Numbered from the stretch's first letter, positions 1 through 11,395 are shown. The stretch: 64,000 nucleotides of DNA from Nitrosopumilaceae archaeon (GCA_965214835.1 CBDCCK010000002.1:1984001-2048000); one strand, 5' to 3'. Program-made: numbers and translations. Notes: a model not told the origin generated them from the letters alone.

Positions 1-350
1 TTGCACCGGTTTCCGGCATCGCCGCCTCTTACGTCGTCCTCCCAGAACAGGGGTCTGTCCTCGTCGTCCATGACTTCTTCCGTAAAGCGCTCCAGTATGA
101 TCGTAAATGACTCCTTTGTGCATCCCGTGACGTTGCGAAGGCGCACCGGATCGCCGATTATGCCGTCTGCAACCTCGATTGCGTGCATCCGCAGAGGCGT
201 TCTGCCGCGCACGACTCTTTTTGTCTTGTTTTCTTCGGACTGCCACAGTGAGTCCTCAAACGCAAGCCTGCTCTTCAGATGCTCGTTTTGCTCTACCAAA
301 CTCTTGTTTTGCTCTTGCAGTGTTTGGACAAGCTCGACATCTGAACCCAT
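1..350 (-). CDS. IS5-family (DDE_Tnp_4-like) transposase, N-terminal part, running off the window edge
   Basis: The minus frame from ATG at 350 reads MGSDVELVQTLQEQNK...DRPLFWEDDVRGGDAGNRC, homologous to GPLFSEDEDDGPGNRC in the 4071-5417 transposase. The terminal repeat TAGACTTTATGCGTAAT (reverse complement) ends at about 453. Confidence 0.75.
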   Translation of the reverse strand, partial: MGSDVELVQTLQEQNKSLVEQNEHLKSRLAFEDSLWQSEENKTKRVVRGRTPLRMHAIEVADGIIGDPVRLRNVTGCTKESFTIILERFTEEVMDDEDRPLFWEDDVRGGDAGNRC

Positions 351-503
351 ACCGTTAGAGAACCATTACTGATCTTTATGGTTGTAGGTGTGCAAACCAT
401 GATCTGTTGTGTTGTATTTTTAGATCAGATTTTCCAATTACGCATAAAGTCTATTGCTTTCCGCCTGCTGTTGCGAGTCAGTCTATAAGACACCCTTGTA
501 TAT

Positions 504-1919
504 CAGTACTTCCTAGATGTACTTTTGCAGACCCGACACGGCACCTCCGCTACTTTCCGCGATCGTTTACAAACGAGTCGGCCGCATCGACAATGCACGC
601 GACAAACAGCATCATGGTAAACCCCTTCCCTCCTGCAAATCCGTCCCACTTGGATTCCACGTCTATGAACACGGCAGTCCTCCACAGGTTGTACAGTATG
701 ACAGACATATAGAACAGCAGCAGCCTGACGACCGGGGAATTGCTGCACGTCTTGCCCATTATCCCCTTGATCACCCTGAACCCCGTCTCGATTCCCCACC
801 GACTGCGGTACTCCTCCGGTATCTGCTCAATGACTGCCTCTGCACTTTTAGCAGACATGTTGGTGGCAAAGACCAGATACCTGTCGGCTATGGTCTCTTC
901 TGCCTTGTCCTTCTTTGCTGCTGCCGTGCCGTCCTTTTCTACCTCGTCCTTTTCCACAATGACTAGCCTGAATGTGGCGCTCTTGCCGTCCTTGTTGGTC
1001 ATTGTATATTTTGATACCGCACCGCGTTCTCCGCGGTCATGCTCCTCTATTGCCGCCACTATCCTCCTGTTCTTGACGGCAGGCATGATGTAGCTACCCG
1101 TGCTTGTTTCTGCAGCCCTCATGCAGTCCACGTTAAAGAACCCGCGGTCATACAGGAACGTCTTGATCCTCATCCCTGATCTGGACGCCTTGCGGATCAT
1201 TTTAGGCACGAAATCGGCCAGTTTTGCCTCTTTTGGAAGCTGCAGCGAGGAAAGCACGAGGTCAGACCCGTCATCTGATCCTATTCCGTGCATGGTAATG
1301 TGCGAGAGAAACGTCGACGTGCCGTTCTTGGGCTTTGACTTTCTGGTGATATCCTCCAGGCCCTTGCCATAGTATTCCACGTCGGTAACGTCCACTGCCA
1401 CGACGTCCGTGTTGTGCAGCATGCCTGACCTGCGGGCGCACCTTACCGTATGCTGCAGCATGGAGCTGCACCACTTTTGCGCATCATCCAGGCTGACGCC
1501 CCGGATCGCCTTTAGGATCCAGTCCGGACTAGGCGTACGGCAACTATGCGCGCCGCCCTTGGAGGCAGCCCCGTCGTCATGCTGCTGCCTGCTGCATTTT
1601 GAGGCCCGCCTGCGAAGGTGCGTCACGGCAGATTCTGCAAACATCCTCCTCTCAGACATGAAATATAGAACGCGCAGTGCGTCGATGTGGTCATACACTG
1701 CGTTGCGACTCTTTGAGACGGCCAGCCCGAGCTTGGGAAACCGCCGTCGCAATGTTTTAAACTGTCTCGATGTTATGTCAAACTGGTGTGCAAACACGTC
1801 GTTTTGTGTTACTGACATGATGATGGTTGGCACACCGCCTGATCTATAGTATGATGGTCAAAAAATCTCGGCAAATTGCGTAATTATCGTGCCTGCAAAA
1901 GTACATCGAGGAACTACTG
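504..1919 (-). mobile_element. Complete ISH3/IS4-like insertion sequence
   Basis: About 27-bp TIRs (CAGTACTTCCTAGATGTACTTTTGCAG and CTGCAAAAGTACATCGAGGAACTACTG) with a 4-bp TSD ATAT on both sides. Confidence 0.9.
550..1833 (-). CDS. ISH3/IS4-family DDE transposase
   Basis: Motifs VAVDVT, YDRGF and YRSRWGIETGFR (YREK-type). Confidence 0.9.
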   Translation of the reverse strand: MPTIIMSVTQNDVFAHQFDITSRQFKTLRRRFPKLGLAVSKSRNAVYDHIDALRVLYFMSERRMFAESAVTHLRRRASKCSRQQHDDGAASKGGAHSCRTPSPDWILKAIRGVSLDDAQKWCSSMLQHTVRCARRSGMLHNTDVVAVDVTDVEYYGKGLEDITRKSKPKNGTSTFLSHITMHGIGSDDGSDLVLSSLQLPKEAKLADFVPKMIRKASRSGMRIKTFLYDRGFFNVDCMRAAETSTGSYIMPAVKNRRIVAAIEEHDRGERGAVSKYTMTNKDGKSATFRLVIVEKDEVEKDGTAAAKKDKAEETIADRYLVFATNMSAKSAEAVIEQIPEEYRSRWGIETGFRVIKGIMGKTCSNSPVVRLLLFYMSVILYNLWRTAVFIDVESKWDGFAGGKGFTMMLFVACIVDAADSFVNDRGK

Positions 1920-2086
1920 ATATGGTAAGATCACATCGACTCTCAGACCCAACGGTAATTGTATATCACAGAATACGGATAAGATTTCATATAGCGTCTA
2001 TAATCTTAACGGTCATTTTGCGGAAATTTTTTGGACAACCCCGGAAAAGATTGATCATTTATAAACAATTACAACGGATTTTGATT

Positions 2087-2845
2087 ATGGCAAATATGCA
2101 GTTTGGAAGTAAAGACATCAAAAGTTTAGATTTTGAAGTGCGTTTTGAAAAAATTGCACTAGACACCCTACATAATAAATTAGAAGCCATAGAGAGAGGC
2201 AAATTCCTCTCAGGTAGCATAACAAGTGATAGTTTTATCAAATTTTTAGAAGACAATATACCATCACTAGAGTTAACAGGAGACGGATTCAACATCGGGG
2301 TCTATCCACATTCAATTAGATTATCAATGCCCGATGTACGACGAAACAATAGGATCACGCAAGTTTCAGATATGATTTCAGATCCAGAAAAAATATTTTC
2401 AAGTGAAGAATTACAAAAAATTAGTGTAGATTTTAATTCCATAGTAAGTTTTGTATTAGCTAAGTTAGGAATAGAATACAAATCAACAACATTTATGGTT
2501 AGAATAAACCTAAGAAAAAATAAAGTTGATTATCAAACAGATAAGCTTAGTGAAGCGATAAATCCCAGTATTCAATCAATTATTGGAGACAATAGTGAAG
2601 TACAGTCAGCAGGGGTGGAATTCAAAACAAAGGAAATGTTTCTAGGTAAATCTGTTAAAGCATTCTACAATTTGAGTAAAAGGGGCCTACGGGACATTGA
2701 AAGAACTGATGCAGTGGTATTTTCAGGCTGGTTTAGTTTTGAAAATACAGGAGTTCAAGATCTAGCAGAGATAGCAGAAGAATACGTCAAACATGTCAAC
2801 AATACAATTGAGAAATTAGTGGGAGGCCTAAAGCCAAATGAGTGA
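2087..2845 (+). CDS. Hypothetical protein, first gene of an AT-rich 3-gene operon
   Basis: Long ORF with ATG at 2087 that overlaps the next gene. AT-rich relative to the flanking IS. Confidence 0.7.
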   Translation: MANMQFGSKDIKSLDFEVRFEKIALDTLHNKLEAIERGKFLSGSITSDSFIKFLEDNIPSLELTGDGFNIGVYPHSIRLSMPDVRRNNRITQVSDMISDPEKIFSSEELQKISVDFNSIVSFVLAKLGIEYKSTTFMVRINLRKNKVDYQTDKLSEAINPSIQSIIGDNSEVQSAGVEFKTKEMFLGKSVKAFYNLSKRGLRDIERTDAVVFSGWFSFENTGVQDLAEIAEEYVKHVNNTIEKLVGGLKPNE

Positions 2846-3443
2846 ATTTGAATCAGAGCCTCAAACCACTGATCATTTAATTGAATATTTACTGTGGGGG
2901 AATATGCACATCAATGCTGATGCGGCACATGTAGCTGCCGCTGATCATTCAATTGAATATTTAAGATGGATGGATGAAATGAGACAGAAGTTTTTATCAG
3001 AGTATGTGGACAGAGAGGAAAAGTCAACTTCAGAACTATATGAAGACGTGAAAACATTAACAAAAAAACTTCATGTTTTGGAATCAAAAGTAACATCACA
3101 TGATTCGCTGATTGAAGAGTTGGAATTTAGGACAAATTCGATTCCTTTTGAAAAGAATCTAGATGACATGGTTAGCTACATACAAAAGGACTTTGAGGAG
3201 TTAGAGTTTGTAACTGGGGTTCATTATGTACCTTTAGAGGGTGGAACATTCCAATTAATTGTGATTCACAATATGGAAAATAGAGTAAAAGCATTACAAT
3301 TAATTCGTAAAAAATTCCTAGACATTGAAAATGCATTTTCTGATGTGGATTTCCAGCAAGTTCTACTACATAGAAACGAAGTTCAACCAGATCATCTAAT
3401 GGGAACAAAACCAATTTTTCAGAGTTTATGGAATGAAAAATGA
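2838..3443 (+). CDS. Hypothetical protein: coiled coil plus possible degenerate MNT-like C-terminal domain
   Basis: 201 aa, translationally coupled on both sides. Its position upstream of a HEPN gene suggests an antitoxin (inference). Confidence 0.6.
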   Translation: MSEFESEPQTTDHLIEYLLWGNMHINADAAHVAAADHSIEYLRWMDEMRQKFLSEYVDREEKSTSELYEDVKTLTKKLHVLESKVTSHDSLIEELEFRTNSIPFEKNLDDMVSYIQKDFEELEFVTGVHYVPLEGGTFQLIVIHNMENRVKALQLIRKKFLDIENAFSDVDFQQVLLHRNEVQPDHLMGTKPIFQSLWNEK

Positions 3444-3808
3444 GCTGGCATATAGGACAAAGCAGTCATAACTTTGATACCAAAAAATATCTTGCACAAG
3501 TGAATCCTCTGCACAAAGATTGGGAAGTGACCACACTGTTCTATTCAGCAGTGCACGTTGTAGATAGCTATTTAGTCTTAGTAAAAAACACAAAACCACG
3601 AACGCATGCCCAAAGAAGGAAGTTGGTCAAGCAAGAATTATCCCCAATTTTTGATGATTATGATTTACTTGAATCACTTAGTAGGAAATCCAGATACGAT
3701 TCGTCACCCCAAGAATTAACTCCAGATGAGGAAAGAGCTGCACATCAATGGCATAGATCGGTTGATGATTATGTTGGATCACAGCTAAAGTTATTTGGAT
3801 TTGTTTAG
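3440..3808 (+). CDS. HEPN-domain protein (toxin-like RNase)
   Basis: W-x3-LFYSAVH, PRTH and LSRKSRYD pattern typical of small HEPN proteins. ATGA overlap with the upstream gene. Confidence 0.75.
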   Translation: MSWHIGQSSHNFDTKKYLAQVNPLHKDWEVTTLFYSAVHVVDSYLVLVKNTKPRTHAQRRKLVKQELSPIFDDYDLLESLSRKSRYDSSPQELTPDEERAAHQWHRSVDDYVGSQLKLFGFV

Positions 3809-3875
3809 TGAGACTGAAAGAAAATATCTATCGAGAGAAATTACATCATCAAGGCAATGTCAAGATATGTTAAAT

Positions 3876-5609
3876 TAGACCTCATGCGTAATCGACCGGA
3901 TCGAAATATTCCGACGGTGGCAGATCACACATGCAAGGCTGGCGGCATCACATGACGTGTACAGGGGCGGCAGAGTCTGTATATAGTGCAGCTACGGACC
4001 ATTCCAGCTGGTAAAAACTACAATGTCGTGCGGCATCGTGTGGCGCCGCAATGCGCTCCGTATCGTGGTATCAGAACCCACGCATGAGCTTCTTGTTCCG
4101 CTTGTCCCACAGCAGCCTAAAGCTGGCAAGCCCGGCTGTCACCTGGAACTCCCGGTCAAACTCCTCGGCCGTCCCATCGTACGGATCACGCATCCGCCTG
4201 TACCACTTGATGCCCCCTATGGCGTGCTCTACTGTCACCCTCTTGCTGCTTATCCTCCTGTTCTGCGCCTTCTGTTTCTTTGTAAGCTTGCCCCCCCTTG
4301 GCTTCTTGTGGGGCTGCATGGATATGGCCCCGGGGTACAGTTCCTTGATTCCCACGTATCCCAGATCCGAGAGCAGTTTTACCTTCTCGTCCTCGGGGTG
4401 CTTTCTGTTGCTGCGCATCCTGGCAGTCAGGGTTCCCAGATCCGGGGGGTTGTTCTTTATCATGGTGAGGTCGTGCGCGCTTCCGGGCGCCGACTCGCTT
4501 GCATACATCGCCAGTCCCGTCTGGTCTGCAATCACCCGGGGTGTTGCGCGTAAAGTCCTTCTTCTTGCCCGAGTACGCCCCCCTTCCTCGGTTCCTTGTC
4601 CGAGGGGCGCTGTATTTTGATGTGCGTGCCGTCTACAATCACGGTCAGATCCGGGACGATCTTCTTGACCTCCTCGATCGTGCGGGCGTTTCGTATCTTC
4701 TGAGATACGGTGTCCGGCGTGGGCAGTATCTTGAGAAATATCATATCGCAATACCTGAGGTACCTGCATACCGTACTCTGGTCTATGCCAAAGAACGCCG
4801 CAAGCTGCCCCCTGTGTCGGGTTTCCGTACTTGCGCATCAGCGACATCAGCAGGGCGTGACGGTAGGACAGCTTGCACCGGTTTCCGGGCCCGTCGTCCT
4901 CGTCCTCGGAGAATAGTGGGCCCTCCGTGTGCTTTTTGGCAAGCTCCGTAAACCGGTCGGATGCATGGTCAAACTGGCGGCGGTCCATCGACGTGGTGGA
5001 CTGCAGGGATCCGCCGCCGATTATGTCCTCGAGCACCTCGAGCCTGTGCATGAAGGCGGCGTTGTTTACGGTGCGCCTGTCGTCATCCCAGGTTGCGGGC
5101 CACATCCGGCGCTCGGTGTCCAGCCGCTGCTCCAGCTGCCCTATCCTCTCCTGATCCTTCTCGTGCCTCCTGTCGTCCTGCCTGCTCTTTCTTTCGTACC
5201 CTCTGATCTTCTTTCTGTACTGCATCCTCTCCTTCCTGCCCCGCGCCTTCTCCTTCCTGTCCTTCCTGATTCTCTTCTCGTGCCTCTTGATCCTCTTCTC
5301 GTACTTTTTGATCTTCTTTTTGTCCCGCGCCTTCTCCTTGTCCCGCGCCTTCTCCTTCTCGTACTGCTCGATCTTCCTCCTCAGCAGTCGTATCAGCTCG
5401 GTCTCGGACTTTGCCATTACTCTTGTGCGGGAATGGATCCCGGATCTAAATCAACCGGCTGAAAATACTTGCAGGTTTGATCAAATACTTTCAACGTAGT
5501 GAGGTACAGTCACGCGTGCGCCGGCCCCGACTCGCCCCATTTGTAGCCCGTGCGCCGGGGGCATCGCCGCTAATTTCGTTTATGCATGAGGTCTTATGCA
5601 TGAGGTCTA
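3876..5609 (-). mobile_element. IS5-family element
   Basis: TIRs TAGACCTCATGCGTA (3876) and TATGCATGAGGTCTA (about 5595-5609; this end is duplicated). Confidence 0.75.
4071..5417 (-). pseudogene. IS5-family DDE_Tnp_4 transposase with compensating frameshifts and a long charged N-terminus
   Basis: VIVDGTH lies in an alternative frame (4532-4744). GSAHD, DLGY and RVTVEHAIG are in the main frame. Confidence 0.8.
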
Positions 5610-5930
5610 TCGTGTAGACATCTATCATATGACTCGTCATTCTTCAGCCGTTTTATTTTTTTATTCATGATTTCTAATTTTAATGATTCGGGCATTTTCA
5701 ATTCCATGATAATACGCCCATACATAGTCAAATCCAGCTTTCTTGTAGCATAATACAAATCTGATGTATCTGTTATGATTTCTTTGTCATCTTTTGATTT
5801 GCCATGTACATAAAAGTTCCTGGTATTGGTAACCCTTTCTGCAAATTCAGATATGTCATTATCATCGATCACATTGTACGTGTTCTGTAAAAGATAAACC
5901 AGCCTCTCCTTGTGGGTTTTTTCACATTTT
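5594..5930 (-). pseudogene. C-terminal fragment of an ApeA/HEPN-like protein
   Basis: TRNFYVHG (R-x4-H) motif. AT-rich and cut by IS ends on both sides. Confidence 0.6.
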
Positions 5931-5967
5931 GGAAATTTTGTCTTGTAAAACCCCTCTAGTGCTGTAC

Positions 5968-6429
5968 TGTATAGTCCAAAAAGTAGTTCACCCCTTCTCC
6001 GAGTGTGTAAAGTCGGTCAGGAGCAGATGTGCAAGCCTGACCCACACTGGAAGTACAGGTGTGTGGGTCTGGCGACGAAAGCTCCGTAAATACGTGAGTC
6101 TTGAGCACCCAAACGGCATGAAGCTAGAGAAAAGCCAAGTACAATGGATAGTGAAAGAAAAGAAAAAGGGCGAGCTTACCAACGCCCAGATAGCCGGAAC
6201 CATGGACGTGACAGTACGGTGGGTCCAGAAGCTGTGGGCCAGGCACAAAGGCTGCCCTGCGGCAAGCGAAATATCGCATCCTGCGCCAATGGGAAGGCCC
6301 CAGAACGGTCTGCCCGGACGCAGGGAGCACTCTGCAGTCATGTCTGCCAGACATGCAGAACACATGGGGGCTGCAGGACTGCAGCAGCGCATAGCAGATG
6401 GTGAGGACCCCAAAAAAGAAGGAACGATC
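5968..6429 (+). pseudogene. IS481-like transposase, 5' fragment
   Basis: MKLEKSQVQWIV...IAGTMDVTVRWVQKLW HTH, similar to the 25464 transposase N-terminus. Truncated at the IS3 insertion. Confidence 0.65.
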
Positions 6430-6470
6430 TGCAATGCACACTTTTTGAATAAGGAGGTCGAATTACAAAT

Positions 6471-6761
6471 ATGACAAAGAAAATATGGAGTACGCAGGAC
6501 AAGATAGGGATAGTCATGGAGCATCTCAATACCAACATCGAGACGGCAGAGCTGTGCCGTCGCCACAACCTCTCCCCCAGGACGTTTTACCAGTGGAGGA
6601 AACGCTTTTTGCAGGGCGGACGCGCATCGCTGTCAGGCAGCGGCCCTGCAACGGCCGAAGGCAGGCTCCAAAAGGAGAACGAGTCGCTCAAAAACATCAT
6701 CGGCGAGTATGCCGTGGCCAATGCGCTTTTAAAAAAAACCTTGGAGGCAGGCAAAAGGTGA
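6471..6761 (+). CDS. IS3 transposase OrfA
   Basis: AELCRRHNLSPRTFYQWRK HTH followed by a leucine-zipper-like segment. Confidence 0.85.
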   Translation: MTKKIWSTQDKIGIVMEHLNTNIETAELCRRHNLSPRTFYQWRKRFLQGGRASLSGSGPATAEGRLQKENESLKNIIGEYAVANALLKKTLEAGKR

Positions 6762-7597
6762 ACATTGCAATACTGCTAAGGGAGAGGGGCTGGAGCATGG
6801 ACAAGACACTGCAGTACAGCGGTGCCTCCAGAACTGCGTGGTACCACGTAAAAAAGCCACAAAGACAGACAGAACCGGATCCGCAGACGGTCTTGCTTGT
6901 CAGGGAGATCGGCAACAGGAGGCCCACATACGGCACGCGCCGCATGGCAGCCCAGATAAGCCGCGAGACCGGCGTGCCGACAAACCGCAAAAAGATGCAG
7001 CAGATATACCGCAAGATAGGCTGGATCACGCCTAAAAAGACCAAAAACGACATAATAAGAGCAGGAAAAAGAGACAGGTTCAAGCCCACAGGACCAAACC
7101 AGCTGTGGTAGACCGACATCACGTACGTCTGGTGCGGCGTTGACGGGTGGTGCTACTGCTTTAACGTAATTGATACGTTCACCCGGAAGTGGATAGCATA
7201 CGTCTTTGCCACGCAGGCCACCGCACAGGTCGCAGTCGAATCGCTGACAAAGGCAGTCTCCACGATTTCGGCAGACGAGGCGCGCGGCCTGCTGGTCAGA
7301 AGTGACAACGGCGTCCAGTATACGAGCCGCGAATTCAAGGAAAGCATGAGGATCCTGGGAGTCCGGTGCGAGTACATCTGGCACAACACGCCCGAGCAGA
7401 ACGGACATGTTGAGTCCTTCCACAAGACCCTCAAAAAGGAGTACGTCTGGCCGCATGACTTTGCCAGGTTCCAGGATGCCAAGGCCGTCCTGGCAGAGGC
7501 GTTTGCAGATTACAACCGAGACAGGATCCACTCGGCACTGGGATACCTGACGCCGGACGAGTTTGTCCGGAAAATGCAGGAGGTGCCGCAAAAATGA
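6758..7597 (+). pseudogene. IS3 transposase OrfB with an in-frame stop
   Basis: YGTRR, PNQLW*TDITY (TAG at 7109), SDNG and NGHVESFH motifs. Confidence 0.85.
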
Positions 7598-7995
7598 GCG
7601 ATCAGAGCGTGCATAAAATGTCGCCAAAATCGTTCCTACTCATAGGGGTCCACTCCATTTTTTGAGGCAATCTGCTTGTTTGCATTGCCTTTTATTCTGG
7701 CACCATCTGAATTTCGTTTTTGAGACACATATGGTTACCGCAGGATCTTTCGCTTTGCTTGGCAGGATGCGGCTTGCAGGGCATTACGAAATGCCAGGGC
7801 GGCGCTTAGCTGCTGCGTGCGGCGTTTTAGGGGGTCAGTGTATTTTGAGCGGCATGGGAGCTAAAACTTAACGGCGGGAAAGCAGGCGGCCTTGTCACTG
7901 AATGCCGGCATGGGATTTGGCATGGCCGTATCCCGTACCAGCACATGCCAGTCACTGGGGGCGGGATGCTTCTGTAGCAAAGCAGAAATCGCAGG

Positions 7996-8373
7996 CTAGA
8001 GGTAGTGGATTCTTACGTGGTTTTGATACTCGACTTCATACATTGTAATATATCCGCAGTGGGTGCATGAGAACATGCCCTCGCTTTTTGGCACGGATCT
8101 TGCCTCGCGCTCAATTACCTTTCCATTAATTGACTTTACGAGAATCACGTCACCCTGCGTAATTACCGCAAAATTTCGGATTTCGTCTATCGAGTCGAGG
8201 AATTCCTTGATTGCAGATACCACCTCGGTGCGTGCAATGGGCTCGGACTCGTCTATCGGAGACAGGACAAACTCATGAAGCTTCAAGGCGGGCATGGCGC
8301 CCACGTTGTCTGCAACGTAAACTAGCAGCTCCTGCTTGATGGGCTCAATATCACGACAGTCAACTGTAATCAT
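7996..8373 (-). CDS. Conserved hypothetical protein with a C-terminal C2H2 zinc finger
   Basis: CTHCG-x11-HVRIH at the C-terminus. Confidence 0.75.
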   Translation of the reverse strand: MITVDCRDIEPIKQELLVYVADNVGAMPALKLHEFVLSPIDESEPIARTEVVSAIKEFLDSIDEIRNFAVITQGDVILVKSINGKVIEREARSVPKSEGMFSCTHCGYITMYEVEYQNHVRIHYL

Positions 8374-8458
8374 AAACCAATCTATCAAAAGTCAATATTT
8401 TAGTTGATCTGTATCTCAGCATACTTTTTAATCACGCAGCATACACCTAGAACCAGAA

Positions 8459-8845
8459 TTGAGGGATTCGGAGACCTTTGGGATTGAAAAGGGCCACGGG
8501 GATAAAGTAATAGAGTGGCTAAACGGCACGGCAGAGGGGGAGAATCTGAGGTTTGAGGCCAGAAAGTACGGCTATGACGTCAGGACCGAGAATTTCGGGG
8601 AGTTTGAGATGTTCTCATGGATGGGAGACGTTCAGCACGCAAGAAAACTGATCACAAGGGCCGGAAAGAGGTTCAAGGTTAAGACAATCGAGGGAGGGTA
8701 CAAGACAAAGGAGAGGACGTTCTCGATGAGGAAGACAGACTATGCGATGGTGAGGCGGGGGGACAAGCTGATAGGACACCTGCAGTTTGAGGCTGCCAGG
8801 TTTGGCAGGGATCCGTGGACAGTCAAGGCGGAGGAGAGAAGGTAG
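8459..8845 (+). CDS. Conserved hypothetical protein
   Basis: Well-formed ORF co-oriented with the downstream dehydrogenase, with a TATA-like TTTTTAA upstream. Confidence 0.7.
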   Translation: MRDSETFGIEKGHGDKVIEWLNGTAEGENLRFEARKYGYDVRTENFGEFEMFSWMGDVQHARKLITRAGKRFKVKTIEGGYKTKERTFSMRKTDYAMVRRGDKLIGHLQFEAARFGRDPWTVKAEERR

Positions 8846-8852
8846 CTCCAAA

Positions 8853-9728
8853 ATGACATCAATAGGAATCATCGGGACCGGGATGCTGGGAAGTGCAGTA
8901 GGCCTGCGCCTACTTGATGAGGGAAACCAGCTGCATGTCTTTAACAGGACGGCAGACAAGACAGGGCGGCTACGGCAGAGGGGAGCCGTGACATGCGAGT
9001 CGCCCAGGCAGGTGGCAGAGAACTCTGAGATTGTGATTACGGTGGTAAAGGATGCAGACGCAGTAAGACAGGTCGCCTTTGGGCCAAACGGAATAGTCAA
9101 GGGAGGCCGGGAGGGACTGGTCGTGGCAGACATGAGTACAATAGGTCCGCTAGAGTCAAAACAGATCTCGCAAAGATTCAGGGACTCGGGCATAGAGATG
9201 CTAGACGCCCCGGTCATGGGAGGACCAAACGTGGCAGTTTCAGGGGGCCTGGTAATGATGGTTGCTGGAAGCCCGGTGGCCTTCAACAGATACAGGCCAG
9301 TCTTCAAGACAATTGCAAGCAAGGTGTTCTATCTGGGGGAGGGCGGGACTGCGCATGCGGTAAAGCTTGCAATGAACTTGCAGATTGCAATGCTGGCACT
9401 GGCATTGTCTGAGGGGATTACCCTGGCAAGGGGCGCAGACGTTGATCCGGAGACCTTTCTGAAGATCCTAAACTCGACTTATTTTAAGACCGGAATGAGC
9501 GAAAACAAGGCATTCAGGATGATAAGGGATGAGTTTGAGCCTACCTTTACGCTTGCAAATCTGAAAAAGGATCTGCATGCAATAAACCAGACATCAAAAT
9601 CGCTTGGGATCAAGCTCCCAATGTCAGGCAGGGCAGAGGAAATCTACAGTGCGGCAGTCAAGAGCGGCTTTGGGGACTTGGATTATACCGGAATCCTGGC
9701 ATACATAGGGCAGGCCTCGAGGTCCTAG
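8853..9728 (+). CDS. NAD(P)-dependent beta-hydroxyacid dehydrogenase (3-hydroxyisobutyrate/6PGD family)
   Basis: GIIGTGMLG Rossmann motif, DMSTI, LDAPVMGG and the catalytic Lys in AVKLAMN. Confidence 0.92.
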   Translation: MTSIGIIGTGMLGSAVGLRLLDEGNQLHVFNRTADKTGRLRQRGAVTCESPRQVAENSEIVITVVKDADAVRQVAFGPNGIVKGGREGLVVADMSTIGPLESKQISQRFRDSGIEMLDAPVMGGPNVAVSGGLVMMVAGSPVAFNRYRPVFKTIASKVFYLGEGGTAHAVKLAMNLQIAMLALALSEGITLARGADVDPETFLKILNSTYFKTGMSENKAFRMIRDEFEPTFTLANLKKDLHAINQTSKSLGIKLPMSGRAEEIYSAAVKSGFGDLDYTGILAYIGQASRS

Positions 9729-9838
9729 ACTGCTGCTTTACGCTTGGAATAGGCCCGGTATGCCAAGGACGAGACAAAAATCAGCACGCCTGTGATGGCT
9801 GACCAGGCCGCAAACGGTGCAAGGTCGGTTTCAGACAT
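9725..9838 (-). CDS. Small single-TM protein (37 aa)
   Basis: MSETDLAPFAAWSAITGVLIFVSSLAYRAYSKRKAAV has a TM segment and a basic tail. Confidence 0.45.
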   Translation of the reverse strand: MSETDLAPFAAWSAITGVLIFVSSLAYRAYSKRKAAV

Positions 9839-10225
9839 GGTTTTCCAATGCGGTCGAGGCGTACAAAAGTCGTGTGCTTTTTGCCGCCGACTGCCGTACT
9901 TTTCTGGCAGCCGCCCCATCTGCCGCCATGACTGCATGCGAGGTCGCACCCCTTGCCGGCTAGGCATGAAAATCACGTCTAGGGCAACTCGCACCCAACT
10001 GCCGGGCAAAAGTGACCCCGTACAGCCGTGCGATGTTGTCCAGACGGGGCGTAAAGTGGCGGAGAATCAAAAAATGTGCAGATTGAATCAAGCAGGCTGA
10101 ACTGCGCGGCAGCTCCCTCTTCATGCGGGTTGCGTGTACGGCGCATCCGATCCAGATCTGATCCCACCAGCACATACGCTATACTGTGATCCGCGCCACG
10201 CCTAGTCCTTGCCGCATACGGGTTT

Positions 10226-10611
10226 GTGATCGCCTGCATAGAGAAACTCTATTGCATCATTGTCCCAATCACGCACACCTTGGAATCAAGATCGTACCGT
10301 AGCGTCATCGACGGCCGGCTGCCGTGCGATACGCCCCGGTGCCCGCGCAGGGGACCGCGTTTTTTGCCCCGGGCAGCATCGCAGGAACCGCCTCCGGGAT
10401 CCCCGCCTCTTTGCTCCCTGAACTTCTTTCTGGCGTCATTGTACAGTGACGGCGTGGATGTGGGCATGCCGGGACTCATACATGGCAAGCTTTGCCTAAA
10501 TCTCGGAGTTTTCCTTGTCCAGCTTGGAGATCTTCTCATCCCGCTCTTTGATCATGACTAGTGCTTTTGGAAGATCCATGGGGTGTGCAGGCGCGGCTTT
10601 GGAATCCACAT
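10226..10611 (-). pseudogene. IS66-like transposase N-terminal remnant
   Basis: Coiled coil followed by PSTPS and KKRGPLRGHRGVS, like KKPGGQKGHKGVS in the 18175 IS66. Confidence 0.6.
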
Positions 10612-10871
10612 GTTACATCAGACAAGCAAGATCAAAAAAGATTTCCATCGAAATTCTGACCCAGGTGCCGATATTATGCCACTCCCGCAAATTCCAAGCC
10701 TGCAATGTCTGGTCACAGATGCTTGATGCTCAAGCATGTCTGCAAGGGCATCTGATCATAAGATGCTGTCCAAGAAATGTTTGGCCGTCAGTATAAAAAG
10801 AACCTGATGTTGTACTCTCCATCTACTGTGTTACTCTAAACATCTAAATAGATTTGGCTGGGAGCCAGATC

Positions 10872-11078
10872 ATGCCGGAAATCATTTGTGAAGACTGCGG
10901 CAAGAGGCTGTTTCATGAAAATGAGACCACGCTAAAGATAGAAGAGACCATTCACAAAAAGTTCTGCAGAAAAAAGGCGGGGGAGACGCACAGCTACATG
11001 CACAGGGATGCCTCGCATCCGGACGGCTTTGATCCTGAAAGGACCAGCGATGCAGAGGGAAATCCGGTTCTAAAGTAG
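10872..11078 (+). CDS. Small Zn-binding hypothetical protein
   Basis: CEDC...HKKFC motif. Confidence 0.55.
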   Translation: MPEIICEDCGKRLFHENETTLKIEETIHKKFCRKKAGETHSYMHRDASHPDGFDPERTSDAEGNPVLK

Positions 11079-11204
11079 GATTTTGCGGATCCTCATGCCA
11101 GACATTGACGAGTTTACAAGACAGTAAAGGCTGTCACTGAGCCTCGGAAATCCAAGGGGACTCGCGCAGCACAGAGGCCCCAAAGATAGTTCCCGCCACA
11201 TTAA

Positions 11205-11395
11205 TTCCCAGATGTGCTTTTGCAGGCCCGATACGGCACCGCCGCTACTTTCCGCGATCGTTTGCAAACGAGTCGGCCGCATCCGCAATGCACGCGACAA
11301 ACAGCATCATGGTAAACCCCTTTCCTCCTGCAAATCCGTCCCACCTGGATTCCACGTCTATGAGCACGGCAGTCCTCCACAGGTTGTACAGCATA
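11205..11395 (-). mobile_element. ISH3 3'-end remnant
   Basis: Near-identical to 510-700. Confidence 0.85.

Larger units (their letters stand above)
6430..7657 (+). mobile_element. IS3-family element (orfA/orfB)
   Basis: TG...CA ends with imperfect TIRs. orfA 6471-6761 is an HTH. A TTTTAAAAAAAAC slippery site sits at about 6727-6739. Confidence 0.9.
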
